A stretch of DNA of 62,859 bases, counting the filler, from Stramenopiles sp. TOSAG23-2 (lineage: Eukaryota): NCBI GenBank assembly GCA_900128395.1. It is 32 parts of 32 records of this genome, joined end to end, with 100 filler letters (N's around TTAATTAATTAA, not from the genome) between each part and the next. Parts side by side here need not be neighbours in the genome. Positions count along the whole stretch, not along the records: positions 59,050 to 60,904 come from LT652278.1; positions 61,005 to 62,859 come from LT652279.1; 30 more parts are not named here. One strand, written 5' to 3'. A program made the position numbers and the translations under genes. Positions 59,588-62,859 of the stretch are shown here, in pieces. Under the pieces are notes generated by a model. That model saw only the letters and a program-made list of their open reading frames with translations, did not search any database and was not told where the DNA came from. Each line of letters starts with the position of its first letter. Position 1 is the stretch's first letter.

Positions 59588-61893
59588 TTTGTAACTATCA
59601 CAAAAATATGTTTAGCAAAAATAATTTGAATGTGGTATACACACAAACAATACACAGAGACAATATGCTTGAACGATATCAACTACACTGCAATTTTAAA
59701 TGCAATTTCTTTCCAGGACAACAAATTCTCAATCTATACTAAGGTGACTTATACTATGAATAATTTCGAATATATATATACATATTATAATATATAATAA
59801 CAGTAGTAGTATATTAATTATTACCTGGTACCCTGCTGGCCTGGTATACAACGTCTTGAGCAAAAAATACATTACAAAGTCTGTATCTGATTCGCTAATA
59901 ATAAAAAAGTTGGAATTTGGTATTAAAACCGTAGTATAATATCTTTAGTCAACATATTAATAGTGCTATATAGTATTAATAATTTAAATTATGTATGCGA
60001 TTTAAGTTATATACTAAGGGGAAAAAGAAACTTGTTGTAGACGACTGTACTGTATAATATGCCTAAAAAACCTAAAACTGGATCTTAGCAGCAGTTATAT
60101 TTGTACCACAAGGTATTGCAGGCTTGGGCAGAGGCCTGTGGTATTACCTGTACTAAACTGAACTAAATTATAAACAATTACCAATGAAATATAATAAAGC
60201 CCAACAATATGATAATTATATAATAAAAATTAACAACGTAATACCATTAAAAATAAAAGAGGAAGATAAAAACTACCAAAGAAAAAAACACGCAAAAAAC
60301 GAGGGATGTAAGTTGATACATATATATAAATACATTGTACACATACATCAGAAACATATTAATACACTCAAGTGAAACAGAAAAAAAAGAGTAACTTATA
60401 TATATAATAAAAAATAAAAAGAAATAATAAAAATTAACGAGGGAAGTACTTTAAGTAGGTCAGAAAAAATATCCCAACCTATTTTTCAATTTGTTTATTG
60501 TTTTACGTGTATTTATATACTACCTATTTCAAAGAACAACTATACTGTATTTGCAACCAACAAACAACAGCACTCCAGCACTCGGCAATAAAGCAAATAA
60601 ACAAGAAGTTGCAAAAGTAGTTACTAGCTATAATAGCTAGCTAGACTTATTTTACTAAAAAAATTAATATGTTACCAATAGTGCAATAATAATGATGCAT
60701 CTAACTGTTGGAAAATGTATATAACGGCGAAGATATAAAATTATCCACAGTATATATGTATGTATGAAAATAATATTGAAGAACAGGAAATAACATACAA
60801 CAACTGTCAGGGTATCTCGTCATCAAATTGTTAAATATGAACGGGTATCAATATACAAATAGCAATCATTCTAGTATAGGAACTTATGCGCAACATCTTA
60901 CAAGNNNNNNNNNNNNNNNNNNNNNNNNNNNNNNNNNNNNNNNNNNNNTTAATTAATTAANNNNNNNNNNNNNNNNNNNNNNNNNNNNNNNNNNNNNNNN
61001 NNNNCAATAATATATTTACTGAGACATATAGGATGTGTTGTTATGATATATATTATTGAAATTATATCCATATTATGAGGAGGTGCGGAGGTGCGTATGA
61101 TCACCAAGCAAGGATTACATAGGACATTGTACTTGTAGGACTAAACACAAGAAGTACTGTAAATTTCAATCAATCCGTGGGATACAATGAACAATGATCT
61201 CCTAATCTATTTAAAGCGATACACTATTGATTCTTTTGCCCTATCAGATTGTATTTTTTTTGTAGCATAGCAAGCCAGGCAAGCCTATAAGGCAATATAC
61301 GATTGTGTGTCGTCGGGTAATTTTGAAAACTTTTCCCCATAATAAATTGGTGGTGGACTATAGACGTGAAGACTACTATTGGACTAATGCTATGTAAATG
61401 GTACGTAGACACAACTCCGGCATCATAAATCTGGTAAAACTACTTTCACATTTATTGTACTATGAACATACTATGCACATACTACGCACATATACGATGG
61501 AGTTAAGCCTAATACTGTATGTGTACAGTCACAATATCGGAATACAATGGCAAGCCTGGCAAGCCCACTTCGAGAATAATATATTGATAAAACAACCAAC
61601 AACGACAATTCCTATGTGTTTTAATAATACTATTTCCATGCTATTCGTCAACTCTACTCATCATGATGAAGAATGCACATCACCAACATGTGTTGCACAT
61701 CAGAATATATACGACTGACGACTATGTACGGATGTGATGGAAACATATATATCACTGTAGACATAGAGACAACAGTAGACACATTCTCATTTCGATTCAA
61801 TTCACTATCTCATACATACATAGTAGATATCATACATATACACACAGTAGACACACAGTAGATATCATCCACTATAAGAAGATTTATATCAAT

Positions 61894-62757
61894 ATGTCAC
61901 ATTTTACATTTTCAGATAGTATGGCATCCATGCCACAACCAGCATCAAATAATAATAATAATAACAACAACAATAATAGTAACTATAATAATATGGATAA
62001 TGCAAAACTAATGGAACGTTTGCAAGCTGCAGAACAGCGTGCGGAGACATTTCGATTAGGTAAATTACAGCTTGTACATGATTTGGAACAAGGGTTTTCC
62101 AAAGTTTGCGAATTTATGCAAGAACAATACAATAAATCGCCAGATGATGAAGTGACTGCTAGATGGTTTAAACATATTATTTCTGATTTACGTACCTCTT
62201 GTGAAAGCGAAGCACAACAGAATAAAATTGAACCAATGCGTGAAGAAGATTCAAACGTTATGCAAAAATTTACAGAATCCGATGCCAACTTTATTGATAA
62301 TATGGATTTCAGTTTCTCAGGTATAAATAGTTTTAGTCCAAGAGGTGTAGGTTATGGAACCAGCTTCCAAACAACGTATGGTAATAGTATGGCCGCATTT
62401 CCACATGCGTCGAAACCAGCACCAAAAACCATGGTACGCCAACAAAAAGCTAAAAGTAAAGGTTTCGTCGAATCGAGAGGCAGACCACGTAATGCTACAA
62501 AAAGTAATAAGCCAAAAAAGAAAAAAGATGGAAAAGAACATGTGTACTTTTGTGCAATATGTAATAAGAGTTTTGCTGGTGCATCTGGTTTATGGTACCA
62601 TAATAAACACGTGCACAATGCAATTACACAGAGTAGGCCAAGAGGTAAATCGAAAAAAACTAAAAACAACAATAATACTGTCAAAAATAATAATAATAAT
62701 AATCCAAACTTAAGTTTGACTTTAGATGCTAACAATAATGTTATTGCTGGATATTAA
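61894..62757 (+). CDS. C2H2 zinc-finger protein, putative transcription factor
   Basis: YFCAICNKSFAGASGLWYHNKHVH; AT-hook-like RGRPR; poly-Asn. Confidence 0.85.
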   Translation: MSHFTFSDSMASMPQPASNNNNNNNNNNSNYNNMDNAKLMERLQAAEQRAETFRLGKLQLVHDLEQGFSKVCEFMQEQYNKSPDDEVTARWFKHIISDLRTSCESEAQQNKIEPMREEDSNVMQKFTESDANFIDNMDFSFSGINSFSPRGVGYGTSFQTTYGNSMAAFPHASKPAPKTMVRQQKAKSKGFVESRGRPRNATKSNKPKKKKDGKEHVYFCAICNKSFAGASGLWYHNKHVHNAITQSRPRGKSKKTKNNNNTVKNNNNNNPNLSLTLDANNNVIAGY

Positions 62758-62859
62758 AAAATGAAATATAATATAATAAAGATCAAGCAACAAAAAAAAG
62801 AAATTGTAATATATATATATATGATATAATTAAAGAAGCAAAAAAAAAAAAAAAGGTTT

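Noticed and set aside
1883-61004. Regularly spaced TTAATTAATTAA as a CRISPR-like or biological repeat
   Set aside because: It is always embedded in N44 runs and is an artificial six-frame-stop linker
1300-62735. Many short antisense or overlapping ORFs in the track (e.g. 1300-1557, 8003-8461, 37248-37436, 62352-62735)
   Set aside because: Shadows of real genes or of low-complexity repeats, with no independent motifs
1-62859. Operon or gene-cluster interpretation of neighbouring genes (for example helicase-LRR next to AlaX)
   Set aside because: Contigs are size-sorted and unlinked, so adjacency across linkers has no meaning

Overview
This window is not one locus. It is 32 short contigs of about 1.86-1.88 kb, sorted by decreasing length and joined by artificial 100-bp linkers (N44-TTAATTAATTAA-N44, stops in all six frames). 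Neighbouring contigs are therefore unlinked, most genes are truncated, and ORFs ending in 'XXX..LIN/N' are linker artefacts. The DNA is AT-rich and eukaryotic: GT-AG introns with CTAAC branch sites, poly-Asn proteins, and (AT)n tracts. A mastigoneme-type EGF protein points to a flagellated stramenopile, possibly from a single-cell or metagenome assembly. Recognisable genes include SLC25A39/40 carrier, AlaX, FAM32A, GH2, a degenerate TPS, selenoprotein K, TDP2, GnT-I, CLC, WDR24 fragment, CD36-like, ZPR1, UBL-BAG, ankyrin, PH, BTB, F-box, MRH, collagen and C2H2 proteins. The best novelty candidate is an SF1 (UvrD/Schlafen-like) helicase fused to near-identical LRR repeats with variable surface residues, an NLR-like architecture; a similarly modular ankyrin gene lies on another contig. 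Other highlights are a UGA-recoded SelK with an atypical SECIS candidate, TDP2 with p97- and SUMO-binding-like motifs, two small inverted-repeat elements, recurrent palindromic non-coding motifs, several truncated or internally deleted gene copies, and fold-back or tandem-duplication assembly artefacts. All family calls come from motif recognition by eye; no searches were run.
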